The notes beneath the pieces were generated by a model. It saw nothing but the letters and a program-made list of their open reading frames with translations, searched no databases and was not told the DNA's origin. Both the position numbers and the translations under genes were made by a program. Of a stretch of 64,000 nt of DNA, positions 52,560 to 63,184 are shown one piece after another. Origin of the DNA: Chloropicon primus (lineage: Eukaryota); contig CP060754.1 of the NCBI GenBank assembly GCA_023205875.1, forward strand, positions 186,001 to 250,000, in the 5' to 3' direction. Numbering within the stretch: position 1 is the stretch's first letter; each line of letters begins with the position of its first letter.

Positions 52560-52596
52560 GGGTTTAGGGTTTAGGGTTTCGGGTTTCGGGTTTAGG
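52560..52596. repeat. Interstitial telomere-type repeat (TTTAGGG/TTTCGGG, about 5 units)
   Basis: GGGTTTAGGGTTTAGGGTTTCGGGTTTCGGGTTTAGG. Confidence 0.85.
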
Positions 52597-53003
52597 CTCG
52601 AAAGAGGTGTACGGTGACGGGACGCGATCTTGTCCTGTCCTGTTGTTGTTCGTTGGACTTTTGAGGAATCGACGACGAGTCGTGTGCGTGTGCGTGTGTG
52701 TGTGTGTGGTTCCATGATAATAGGATAATCCTGGATCGAAAAGGAAAAATCCTTGGTCTCGCCACAGAAACCTGTCGAACGGAAAGATTACATCTTGGGA
52801 GGCCCCAGGAGGAAGGGAAGGACCAACCTGACCAAGCCCAAAGAGACACGCCTGGCCTTTCGCTCCCGGAGGGCACCACACACACACACACACGTACGCA
52901 CGCACACAGAGTCGTTGAGGGAGAGAGTGCGTGTGCTGAAGGCGTCGAGTGGGATTGGAGGAGGAAGAGAACGTGCTCGCAAAGCACTTTTTCACTCGAC
53001 AGG

Positions 53004-54585
53004 ATGTTGTCTCGGACCGAGAGGGGAAAGCTCAGCAGGGCAAGAACCCAGGGCCTGCTGCTCCTGGCCGTTGTCGCTCTCCCCTACGTTAGCGCGTACT
53101 GCGAGAGGGGGTACACAAAGGACCTCAACGGGTAAGCGGGTTCGCCCTTCTCTTCGTCTGCTTCTTGGTGACTGACATTGTAACGACAACCATGTTTCCA
53201 CCCTTCCTCCCACTGATCTCCGCCGCAGAAATTGCCAACCGTGCCAGCCGTGCGCGTACTGCTGCCTGAGGCCCGAGCAGCTTCCGCCACCGCCACCGCC
53301 TGTGCCACCCTCGCCACCACCACCCCCGCCGAGCCCACCACCACCACCACCACCTCCGCCGGTTGGCAGCGGAGGGGGGGGAGTCGTCGGCGCCTGCCCT
53401 CCGGGCTACTTTGCGCCGAGCGGGAAGTGCATCGTCGCCCCGTCCCCGCCGCCTCCACCACCGCCACCACCGCCAAGCCCACCGCCACCACCGCCACCGA
53501 GCCCACCGCCACCGCCACCGCAGCCACCGTCCCCACCGCCACCCCCAGTGGACACGTCCGTGGGAGAGTGCCCGGATGGGTGGCACGCTCCACACGGGTA
53601 CTGCGAGCTCCTCCCTCTACCGCCCCCACCCGCGCCGCCGGGACCACCGCCGCCACCACCTCCACCGCCTCTCGAGTGCCAGTGCGTGTGCCCATGCATC
53701 AGAGGCTCCACGAGGTTTGACATGAACATGCTGTACTTCGACAAGGTTCAGTTCGAGGCCCAGACGGCGTTCTGGCTGGACGGGACCATAGCGTCCAGCA
53801 CGGAGGGCTTCCTGAGCTCCCAGCAGATCCACGCCTACAACATCGACCAGAACAGCAAGACGGTCCAGTTCGATATCCTTCCTTTGGATACCTCGGATAA
53901 CTTTGGTGGCAAGGACTTCACGCGGGACGACGCCATTGCGATGGCAAGGGTGCTGGAGCAGAGCAACATCATTTACAACTTCAGTGGCATCATCCCGGAG
54001 CACGACATGCGGCTCTTGCAAGTCAGGGAGCTGGCAAACACTGCAACGTTTGTGGAGAAGACGGACACGAAGAGCAAGGACCCGTTGAAGACGGAGCCTT
54101 CCAGGTCGATCATCATCACGCTAATCGTGATCGCAGGACTGAGCGTGCTCGGGTTCTTGGTTTACTTGATGACCAGGTCGAATCCTCAGTTCAACCAGTT
54201 CCCTCAGTTCGGGGGGATGGGAGGGGGAATGATGTTCGGGAACCCAATGTCACCAGGCGGCCCGATGGGTCCCATGTCTCCCCACCTCGGAGGGCCGATG
54301 AAGGGACATCCGCTGAGCCCCCAGAACAGTTTTGGGGCACAGACCCCCCAAGCACAGATGATGGGCGGTGCTCCGCAGATGGGCGGTGCTCCGCAAGCGC
54401 AAGGCCAAGGGGGTTGGAACACACTTAGGAATTCCTTCGCTGCGGTGAACGCGTTTGGAACCAGTGGAAAGATGTACGGAATGCCACAAGGAGGGGCGGA
54501 GATGGTGAACCCGTCCTTCATGCAGCAGCAGAAGGGGGGAACGTTCAGCCCAAGATTTTATACGGGGGATCAACAGATGCCATGA
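53004..54585 (+). CDS. Type I membrane protein with Cys-rich modules and extensin-like SP(n) tracts, 2 exons
   Basis: Signal peptide; intron 53132-53228; SPPPP tracts between CPPGY/CPDGW modules; TM IIITLIVIAGLSVLGFLVYLM; Gly/Met/Pro/Gln-rich cytosolic tail. Confidence 0.82.
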
Positions 54586-54709
54586 TGACGGAACAAAATT
54601 ATTGTAAATTACAACAGAGTTAGTCCACAGATAACATTTTCTTAATTTCTACAACTGTCTTTGGCGTTACCAACCGCCCTTACTGTACAACGGGCGGGCA
54701 AGGTCGGGA

Positions 54710-56762
54710 TCAGCTCACCACAAATATGTCAGGGATAAGTTCAGGGAGCCAGGCCGCCTCGATCAGGCCAACGTTTCTTGCGTACAGCTTCGTTGTCTGC
54801 ACGAGCTCGATAAATATGATGCAGTCCGGCTTCTTCTTGAAAAGCACCGACGAAGGATGAATGTGAACTTTTTGGGCAGACAAAAGAGTCTGGTAGGTCC
54901 CGTCGGGCATCCTCTGTGCAGCGTTCGAGAAGTACCCCGTGCAGATGCACTTCATGATGTCATCAACCTTGTCCCCTGAGCCACCCCCCTCCGTCACCGT
55001 GGCGGTCACGTGCTTCACCTGAGTCGACAGCTGGGTGTATATGTTACATGCCTTCGTCAGCGGCCTGGCGTTCACGAAATTTTGCCTCGACCACTTCACC
55101 CTTTCCTGGCCTTTCACGTTCTTGAAGTTGTTCAGAATTTGAAGCAGAGTTAGCATATCACCCGAGTCGTGCAGAAACTTGAGGTGAGCTTGGTGGGCAT
55201 CGTCCTTCTTCTTCTTGGACATGTGAAGCACCGACTCCACGGACAAGAGCGAGACTATCTTCAAGATTTCATCCAAGCAATCCAACTTTGTCGACGAGAG
55301 GATGGCCTTGGCGAGCTTGGGGTCCACCGGCAGACCGCACATCTGCTTTCCCTCCGGAGAGATGTTCCCAGAGGAGTTGAGGGCTCCGAGGGACAGAAGC
55401 AGCTCAAACGCTCTTACCAGGGCAGACTTGGGCGGTGGCTCCAGGAAGTCGAAGAGCATCACGTCCTCGATCCCCATGGCCTTCATTTGCAGCACGGTGT
55501 TCGCCAAGTTGGTCCTTTTGACCTCCGGAATGCTGGTCGGCGACAGCTTGAAGAACTCGGACTCTGGGAAGAGGTGAAACGCTTTTCCTGGGCCTTGTCT
55601 CCCCGCCCTGCCTGCCCTCTGCTTCACTTGCGCCCTCGAGATAGGCACCACGGTGAGAGAATCCGAGCAGGTCATGGGGTTGTACCGCCTCTGCTTCACA
55701 ACGCCCGGATCGATGACGTATCTCACTCCATCGATCGTCAGGGAAGTTTCTGCGATGTTTGTGGCCAGAATCAGTTTCCTCGTCCCCTTTGGCGCTGGCT
55801 CGAACGCCTTCATCTGCTGTTCCGGAGGCATCGCCGCGTACAGCATCACGATGGACAGGGGCTGCGAGTCCTGAGGCATGTTCCGAACGTGCTCCGACAC
55901 CAAACCCTCCACAGTTTCTATCTGGTCTTGACCCGTGAGGAAAAGCAGGATGTCTCCCTCGGGCTCCTGAGAGTGAAGCTGGAAAGTCGCGCACACCGCG
56001 GCCTCGACATAATCTGTCTCCGGAGTTATCGTGTAAAACCTTTCCACAGGGAACTTCCTTCCAGGAATGTCGAGCTTTGGGCAGTCGAGATACTTGCAAA
56101 ACACGTCGGCCTCCAGTGTTGCGGACATGATGATGAGCTTCAGCGGCTTCAGTTTCCTCCTGCCATTTGCTTCCGCGCCCTTCGAGCTGTGCATCCTCCT
56201 CTTGGCCTGGACTGACTTGAGGAGGCCCAGGAGAATGTCAAAGTCGAGCGTCCTCTCGTGGGCCTCGTCCAAGATGACGGTGGAGTACCTCGAGAGCAGG
56301 CCATCTGAGAGCGACTCCCGCAGCAAAATTCCCTCCGTCGCGTACTTGATCGACGTCTCCTTGGAGGTCACGTCCTCGAAACGGACTGCGTACCCCACCT
56401 CCGTCCCGACCTTCTTACCCCTTTGGCGAAAGTAGCGAGCTTTGGGTCAGTCCTGAACTGCGTTCCGTCCGAGAGAGCCCGTCAAATTCTTACCTTTCGT
56501 ACGCGACCCTCTGGGCGATGGTCACCGCCGCCACCCTCCTCGGCTGGGTGATGCAGATTGCGGAGCCAGGGAACACCCCGAACTTCCTCGAGTCTGCCAG
56601 GATCTGGGGCAGCTGGGTCGACTTCCCCGAACCCGTGTCTCCCACGAGCACCACGCTCTCGTTTGCCGCCACCGCCCTGATAATCTCCCTCGACACCTTG
56701 TGGATGGGCAACCCGAACCCCGTCCCACCCACCCCCCTCCTCCTCTTCCCCCCGTTGGTCAT
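54710..56762 (-). CDS. DEAH-box RNA helicase (DHX33/Dhr2-like), 2 exons
   Basis: Intron 56421-56493. GDTGSGKSTQ, TQPRRVAA, DEAHER, SAT, TNIAETS and QRAGRAGR. Confidence 0.93.
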
Positions 56763-56851
56763 CCTCAATCAACCGAGTCGGCCCATCCTCGCTCCTTCTC
56801 CTGCGCACCCCCGGCGGGGCGTCAAGAAGGGAAAGGTCCTCCAGGAGGGCG

Positions 56852-57899
56852 ATGGCGATGGCGGTGAGGGCGAGCGTTGTTGTGGGACGGAGGCTGTGGG
56901 GGGCAGGGGAGGGGAGGTGTGGGGGCCTCGGCGGGTCGCTTAGGGTGTGGTCGAGCGAGGCCGCCACGGCGAACGCACCGGGAGGAGGGGGGGGAGATCA
57001 TAGGAGGAGTGCTAACGACGTGAATTTCGGGTACTCGAAGGTGGAGAGGGCACAGCACAAGGGTCTCGTGAAGGACGTTTTCGAGAAGGTTGCCCCGAAA
57101 TACGACGCGATGAACGATTTCATGAGCTTCTTCCTCCACAGGGCCTGGAAGGACCGCTTCGTCAGCACCGTTCACCCCTTCGCGGGCCAGAGGCACCTCG
57201 ACGTCGCCGGAGGCACGGGCGACGTGGGCTTCCGCGTCCTCAGGGAGATCAGGAGGGCGGAGGAGGACCACGTCGTCGAGCACAACGCGGAGCCTCCGAG
57301 CAAGGGGTCGGTGTGCATCTGTGACATCAACGGAGCGATGCTTGAGGAGGGGAAGAAGAAGGTGGAGACCCTGGATATTCCCGACGCGGCCCAGGGGCTC
57401 TCGTGGGTGGAGAGCGATGCGGAGTCCCTTCCCTTCGAGGACTCGACCTTTGACACGTACACGATCTCTTTCGGAATCAGAAACGTTTCCAACATTGACA
57501 AGTGCCTGAGGGAGGCACACAGAGTGTTGAAGAGAGGGGGGCACTTTTGCTGCCTGGAGTTCAGTCAAGTCAACAACGAGGTCCTGAGGCAGATCTACGA
57601 TCTGTACTCGATGAACGTCATCCCTTACATCGGAGCTGCTTACGCGGGGGACGCGAACAGCTACCAGTATCTCGTGGAAAGCATAAGAAAGTTTCCGGAA
57701 CAGGTGAGTCCTTCTGAAATTCCTAGCCTGCCTCCTCTCTCACTGCTCGACTGACACGCGCACACGACGACGCGACCGACTTCCCGCGATGCAACAGGAT
57801 CACTTCGCAGAGATCATCGCTGCCAATGGCTTCAAGAGCGTCAGGTACGAGAATCTGCTCGACGGCGTGGTCGCCATCCATTCTGGGTTCAAGCTCTAG
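56852..57899 (+). CDS. COQ5: Ubiquinone biosynthesis C-methyltransferase (UbiE/COQ5), mitochondrial, 2 exons
   Basis: YDAMNDFMS..HRAWK, LDVAGGTGD, ISFGIRNV, CLEFS and SYQYLVESIRKFP; intron 57704-57797; ends AIHSGFKL*. Confidence 0.95.
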
Positions 57900-57940
57900 G
57901 TAGCAGTCGTCGCTCAGGCAAAGGAAAACGGCGGAATTTA

Positions 57941-58724
57941 TTATCGTTTTATTGGCAGTCCCGAGCTCGCCCACTGCATCATTCCTCCGGTCATGTTGTG
58001 CACCTCCTCGTACTGGTCGTTGAGCGCGAGCTGGCTGGCCATCATGCTCCTCTGACCGATTTTGCAGCCCTTTTGTGTACGCCATTAACAATTGTAACAA
58101 CAAGAGATCACCAAGTGCACACACACACACACACACCAGGGAGGAGGTCAGCGATCTCCTCGCGACGACGCGCCGAGAAGGTCAGGCAGGGGCACTCACC
58201 ATGATTATTTTCGTAGACTTGTCCGGCACCGCAGCCCTGAGCTGCTCCACGAACTTTGTGTTCGGCGTCATGCCTGCCTCCGAGAAGAACACCACAGGGA
58301 TGTTCACCGAATCCTCAACGTGGCCAGAAGCGAACTCCTCCTCCGTCCTGATCGCGAGCGAGGAGAGCAAAGCTTGCGCTGTCAGTGGTGGACAAGATGA
58401 AGATGAAGACTCTTCACTCGTCGTTTCTGCTTACCTGCAGTCCACGAACTTCCACCCGTCCGTCTGGAGGAGCTCGAAAGCCTCAGCGGGTTCCATGTGC
58501 CCCATGTCACCGTTCGATGCCGAGCAAGCGAATCGCGACAAGGCGGACAGCCTCGCGTGGCGTGGTCCCCCTCCCGCTGGCGCCCTGGAGCTCCCCCCCT
58601 GATCGAACTCCACCTTGATCACCTTTCGCACCATGCCTTGAAGCGCGGCGACGGTCCTTCCGTCTCTCCTTCCCGCGTACGAGGCTATGCCCCGTCTAAC
58701 ACCCAGAGACACTTGCCTAAGCAT
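57941..58724 (-). CDS. Single-domain rhodanese-like protein, organelle-targeted, 3 exons
   Basis: Introns 58348-58434 and 58070-58199 give FVDCRTEEEFASGH...IIM|GCKIGQRS...NMTGGMMQWASSGLPIKR*. Confidence 0.87.
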
Positions 58725-58973
58725 GCCGCCTCTCTGTCCCGCCCGTCACCACACGACACACGACACGACACGAACGCCCAGAAGCAGAAGCGAGCGCCAA
58801 CCCAAGGCCACTTTTCTCCCACCTGGTGGCGGGGCGTCGGAGGGTAGAGGAGAGAGAGGGCGCGGTTGGGTTTAGGGCAGAGGGGGGAGAGGGGGCTGGA
58901 CGAGATCCGGTGGCTGCGGTGGGACTTGGACGCGAGGGGTGGGGGGCAGGGCTGCTGCGGTGGAGGCGAAAAG

Positions 58974-59720
58974 ATGGAACAGGGAGGAGGGGAGCCTGAA
59001 CCTGCAGGGAGGGGAAAGGGACAGAACGGGGCGGGGGCGCGGAGGGAGAGGGGCGGGAGGAGTCGCTCCGTCCGGGGGAGCAACCTGAGGGGCGATGTCA
59101 TTCGAAAGGGGCTCGAGAGGGGCGGGAGGAGCGTCAGAGGCCTCATCGAGTCTTACACCGACTTCTTCGCCAGAGTGGACTCGGAGGACGCGATCGTGGG
59201 CCACAGGGAGTGGCTCGCGAACAAGGACGACGTGAGTTTGAGCGCCCCCCCGGATCGACAGGCGCGGCGGATCCACTGACCCCTTCTTTGCCTTGCTGCT
59301 GCGCTCGCAGATTTATTTGGTGTACTGCCACCTGGTGGGCGCGGGGTTCTCCGTGGACGCCGTGCGGAGGAGCGACCGGGCGAGGGCGTACTACGTCCTC
59401 GCGAGCAAGGTGAGTGGACCTCGAGGCCTCGGGAGAGAGAGAGAGAAAGAGAGAGAGACGGACGAAAAATAGGACTGACGTGCCCCTCCCGTCTCGTCGG
59501 CCTCTCGCAGAGGGGGGCGCAGCAGAAGAGCAGGACGGTGGCCCCAGTGAGCGTGGGCTGCCCGAACTTGACCCCGGCTTGGATCCACCTGGTGGTCGAC
59601 GAGTGCCCGCAGTACGAGGAGGGCCTCGTCAAGGGCGGCAGGGAGGTCACCCTCGCGTTCGTGGACAGCGACAGCGTCCACCTGCTGCCCGTGTCCGGGA
59701 CGCTGCCGACGCCCACCTAG
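58974..59720 (+). CDS. Small protein resembling a non-catalytic tRNA-splicing endonuclease subunit (Sen54/Sen15-like), 3 exons
   Basis: Introns 59232-59310 and 59410-59510 join in frame; motifs YLVYCHLVGAGFSV and VTLAFVDSDSV. Family call is tentative. Confidence 0.5.
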
Positions 59721-60020
59721 GGGGTGTGGGGGGAGGGAGAGCGAAAGAGCGGCGAGTAGCTACCTTCCTTCCGCCGGGGGGGGGGTTCAGACAAGGAGGA
59801 CCAGGACGACGAGGATGAGACAAAAGCATGGAAATCACGACGACGACAACGTCGTACGGTGGAGGACGCACACACTGGCCTTCTTTGGTGCTCTTGACAA
59901 TTTCGTTGTCCATGGGATGGGGTGCATTCTCCTCCTCCCAGACATAACGGAACATGGTTTTTTTTTGCTCTGAGGAAGAGGAGGAGGTCCCTGTCTTATA
60001 ATACGATACGCGCGACGACA

Positions 60021-63000
60021 ATGGCGACGTCGGCGTCGTCCTTTTCGTGGTCACAATGGGGTCGACTCGCCGTGGCGGCCGCTGCGCTGACCCTCGCGCT
60101 GACCCTCGCGTCGGTCGGTCGCTCTGCTGCGATGCTGGAGGAGGAGCTTCCGGAGCGCTTCCGGCCCTTGAGCGGGCTGGAGGTGGCGTTGGGCCTGAGC
60201 GGGTTGGGGCAGGTTCGCCGCGAGACGGTGGACGGCTCGCCGTGCGAGCTCCCCCTTCGGATCGGGGGGGACCGGTGGGCGGTCGACTGCGTGGAGTGGT
60301 GGGACGGTCAGGAGTGGTGCGTCTCGATTGGCGACGGGATGTGGCACGCCTGCAAGCCGCGCGCACCACCCCCCGGGAGGGGGCGGTCTCTGCTGGGCTC
60401 GGGCGGGGGGACGGGGGCGACCGTGGGGAGCCTGCTTGCCTCGGTGAGCGCGCCCCCGCCGGCGCCGGCCTCGCCGGAGCCCCCCTCCGCCGTCCCGGCG
60501 TTCGTTCCCCCTGAGCCCAAGGCCCCGGTGCTCTCGGGCCCGGTGACCATCAGCGAGTTCATGGCGTCGAACAAGGCGACCTACAGGGACAAGTCGGACG
60601 GCTCGTACCCCGACTGGATCGAGATTCACAACGCCTCCCCCGCGGAGGTCGACCTGGAGGGCTGGCAGCTGACCGACGATCCGGGCGCGCCCGGCAAGTG
60701 GACCTTCCCCACTGGGGTCTCCGTGCCGAGCCGGGGGTACGTGTTGGTCCTCGCGTCCGGGAAGGGCGGCCCCGGGAGGGGGGGGAAGGCGCTCCACGCC
60801 AACTTCAAGCTCGAGTCCGGCGGGGGGTACCTGGGCCTGCGCGACCCGAGGGGGGTCGTGGCGTCCGAGTGGGTGTACCCCCCGCAGCACGAGGACGTGT
60901 CCTACGGCACGTCGGGGGGAAACCTCCGCAACTTGATCGCGAGGGCCAAGGACCAGGGCGAGTCGTCGGGGAAGGACGAGGACTCGTACGGGTACCTGCA
61001 GAACCCCACCCCGAGGATGAGGAACTCGTACCTGAGGCTGATGGGGCCGGGGCTGTTCGAGGTCACGCGCGATCCCGAGGTCCGGCCCAGCCCCGGGGAG
61101 GACTACCAGATCAACGCCACCATCTACCGCGGCGCGGGCGGGGGAGACCTCCCTGCGGTGACCCTGTACTACAAGCCCGGCTTCCTCGCGGACACGATGG
61201 TCGAGATGGTGCCCACCGGGGACGTGACGGAGCTCGGGGGCATCGTCTACTCGGCGAAGATCCCGGGGGCCTCCCTGCAGGCGGGCAGCATGATCCGGTG
61301 GTACGTCACGGCCAGGGCCGGCCAGAAGATCAGCCTCTCCCGATCGCCAGAGGTGAAGGGGATCGGGGACCCCCAGTACTACGGCACGGTGGTCTCCTCG
61401 AGGAACGAGGGCAGGACGAACCTGCCGGTCATGCACCTCTTCTCCGCCAACGCGGGCGCGGCCACGAGCCAGAAGGGCGGGGTGGCCTCCGTGTTCTACG
61501 ACAACAGGTTCTACGACAACGTGAAGACGAGGAGGAGGGGCCAGACCACGATCTCCTGGGAGAAGCCGAAGCTCAAGCTCGACTTCAAGGGCAAGGTCTT
61601 CAAGTTTGCGGACGGGGAGAGGAAAGTCGAGGAGTTCAACCTGCAGAGCCACTACGTGGAGATCGGGAGCCAGACCTACATGAGAGAGGATCTGGGGTCC
61701 CAGGTCCTGCTGGAGGCTGGGGTTCCCACCCCGATCGTGTTCCCCCTCGACCTGTGGATGAACGGCAAGTTCTACGGCTTGTACTCGTTCGTCGAGCAGA
61801 TCGACGACACGTTCCTGAAGAGGAACAAGCTGCCGACCTCTGGTCCTCTGTACAAGGCCTGGCACCAGTGGAAAAGCAACCTGAGGTGGGACGTGGAGAC
61901 GGACGACATGCAGTGGGCCTACAGGAAGGGCAACCTGAAGGACGTCAAAATTCACGAGGACCGATTAGGGTCCTACGATGATCTGAAGAATTTCACCCTG
62001 GGACTCGTTGGCAAGGGGAGGACCAGAGACAGCTGGTCCAGGACGAACTACCTGTACCAGCACGTCAGCATACCAGAGGTCATCAACGAGTTGGCGGCCC
62101 AGAATCTCATCATCAATCAGGACAGGCTGACGAAGAACTTTTACGTGTACTACGATCCGAGCACGGCGGAATGGATGAAGCTGCCCTGGGACCTCGAGGC
62201 TGCTTTCGGGTTGAGCCCCAAGCTGGGCGGCCAGCCCTCGGAGCTCTACTGCGTCCTTGCCTGCGAGCAGTTTAACTCCCCCCTCTACGGGGACAGCGAG
62301 CACCCCCAAGACATCAGGGACTTCTTCGACGGCGGGAGGTGGAACAGGAAGCTGCAATTCATTTACAGGCCCCCGACGCCTTCTTACTGGGGAGGGCACC
62401 ACCACAGCAACGAGGAGCCCGAGTGGACATGCGAGGACCCCGGGCAGGATGGAACCCAGTGCTTTGGGGACAAGAGCCCAAGGTACGCCGATGGGACGTT
62501 CAACTACCTATACGACGCAGTCCTGGACGTGAAGAGCACGAGGGAGATGTACTTGAGAAGGCTCAGGACCCTCATGGACCACTTCATGAACGGGCGCCTG
62601 GAGCAGATGATCACGGAGCACTACAAGCAGATAAGGCCGTCTGCCAAGTTGGACAACTCGATCTGGAAGAGGGGGGACATTGACGAGGGGTACGAGCAGC
62701 TGCTGACGGAGCAGCTGCCCCTCAGAAGGGAGCAGCTGTACGACACGTATGGTCCGTCTGGTTCTGGGCTCATTCCGGGGCCGCAGAAGGAGAACCCCCG
62801 GGCGGGCATCGAGGTGGAGCCCCGCTACGGCGTGATCGAGATCAGCAACAAGGAGCAGGAGGCCATCGATGTGAGCGGCTGGGAAGTTCAGGGGGGGGTC
62901 AGGTACAGCCTGAAGCCAGGAACGGTCATTCCCTCCGACTCCAAGCTGGTCCTTTGCGGCGACGTCCTGAAGTGCAAGAAGATGGGCAAGTACGCGGACG

Positions 63001-63101
63001 CTCACCTCCTCGTGGTGGGGCCATTCAAGGGAAGCTTGCCCGATCAGGCAGGCGGGATCAGGCTCCTGGATGCCAAGGGGCGCCTGGTCGACGAGCTGTG
63101 A
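60021..63101 (+). CDS. Secreted CotH-family kinase with FN2-like module and two lamin-tail (LTD) domains
   Basis: Signal/TM segment; TVDGSPCELP..DC..GQEWC..WHAC; LTD VTISEFMASN..DWIEIHN..VDLEGWQLTD; CotH RRRGQTT..KPKLKLDF, MRE, NGKFYGLY..VEQID, NQDRLTKNFYVY, PWDLEAAFG; C-terminal IEISN..IDVSGW. Confidence 0.85.
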   Translation: MATSASSFSWSQWGRLAVAAAALTLALTLASVGRSAAMLEEELPERFRPLSGLEVALGLSGLGQVRRETVDGSPCELPLRIGGDRWAVDCVEWWDGQEWCVSIGDGMWHACKPRAPPPGRGRSLLGSGGGTGATVGSLLASVSAPPPAPASPEPPSAVPAFVPPEPKAPVLSGPVTISEFMASNKATYRDKSDGSYPDWIEIHNASPAEVDLEGWQLTDDPGAPGKWTFPTGVSVPSRGYVLVLASGKGGPGRGGKALHANFKLESGGGYLGLRDPRGVVASEWVYPPQHEDVSYGTSGGNLRNLIARAKDQGESSGKDEDSYGYLQNPTPRMRNSYLRLMGPGLFEVTRDPEVRPSPGEDYQINATIYRGAGGGDLPAVTLYYKPGFLADTMVEMVPTGDVTELGGIVYSAKIPGASLQAGSMIRWYVTARAGQKISLSRSPEVKGIGDPQYYGTVVSSRNEGRTNLPVMHLFSANAGAATSQKGGVASVFYDNRFYDNVKTRRRGQTTISWEKPKLKLDFKGKVFKFADGERKVEEFNLQSHYVEIGSQTYMREDLGSQVLLEAGVPTPIVFPLDLWMNGKFYGLYSFVEQIDDTFLKRNKLPTSGPLYKAWHQWKSNLRWDVETDDMQWAYRKGNLKDVKIHEDRLGSYDDLKNFTLGLVGKGRTRDSWSRTNYLYQHVSIPEVINELAAQNLIINQDRLTKNFYVYYDPSTAEWMKLPWDLEAAFGLSPKLGGQPSELYCVLACEQFNSPLYGDSEHPQDIRDFFDGGRWNRKLQFIYRPPTPSYWGGHHHSNEEPEWTCEDPGQDGTQCFGDKSPRYADGTFNYLYDAVLDVKSTREMYLRRLRTLMDHFMNGRLEQMITEHYKQIRPSAKLDNSIWKRGDIDEGYEQLLTEQLPLRREQLYDTYGPSGSGLIPGPQKENPRAGIEVEPRYGVIEISNKEQEAIDVSGWEVQGGVRYSLKPGTVIPSDSKLVLCGDVLKCKKMGKYADAHLLVVGPFKGSLPDQAGGIRLLDAKGRLVDEL

Positions 63102-63184
63102 GACAAGCAAAAATCGTGTAAAAGAAAAAAAAACTAATTTCAAGAGACAAATCCCCTTCCTCTTCTTTCTCGCCGGCTCTCCCA

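Noticed and set aside
52700..52840. Possible C/D snoRNA (ATGATAA...CTGA)
   Set aside because: Box C is imperfect, with no terminal stem or recognisable guide.
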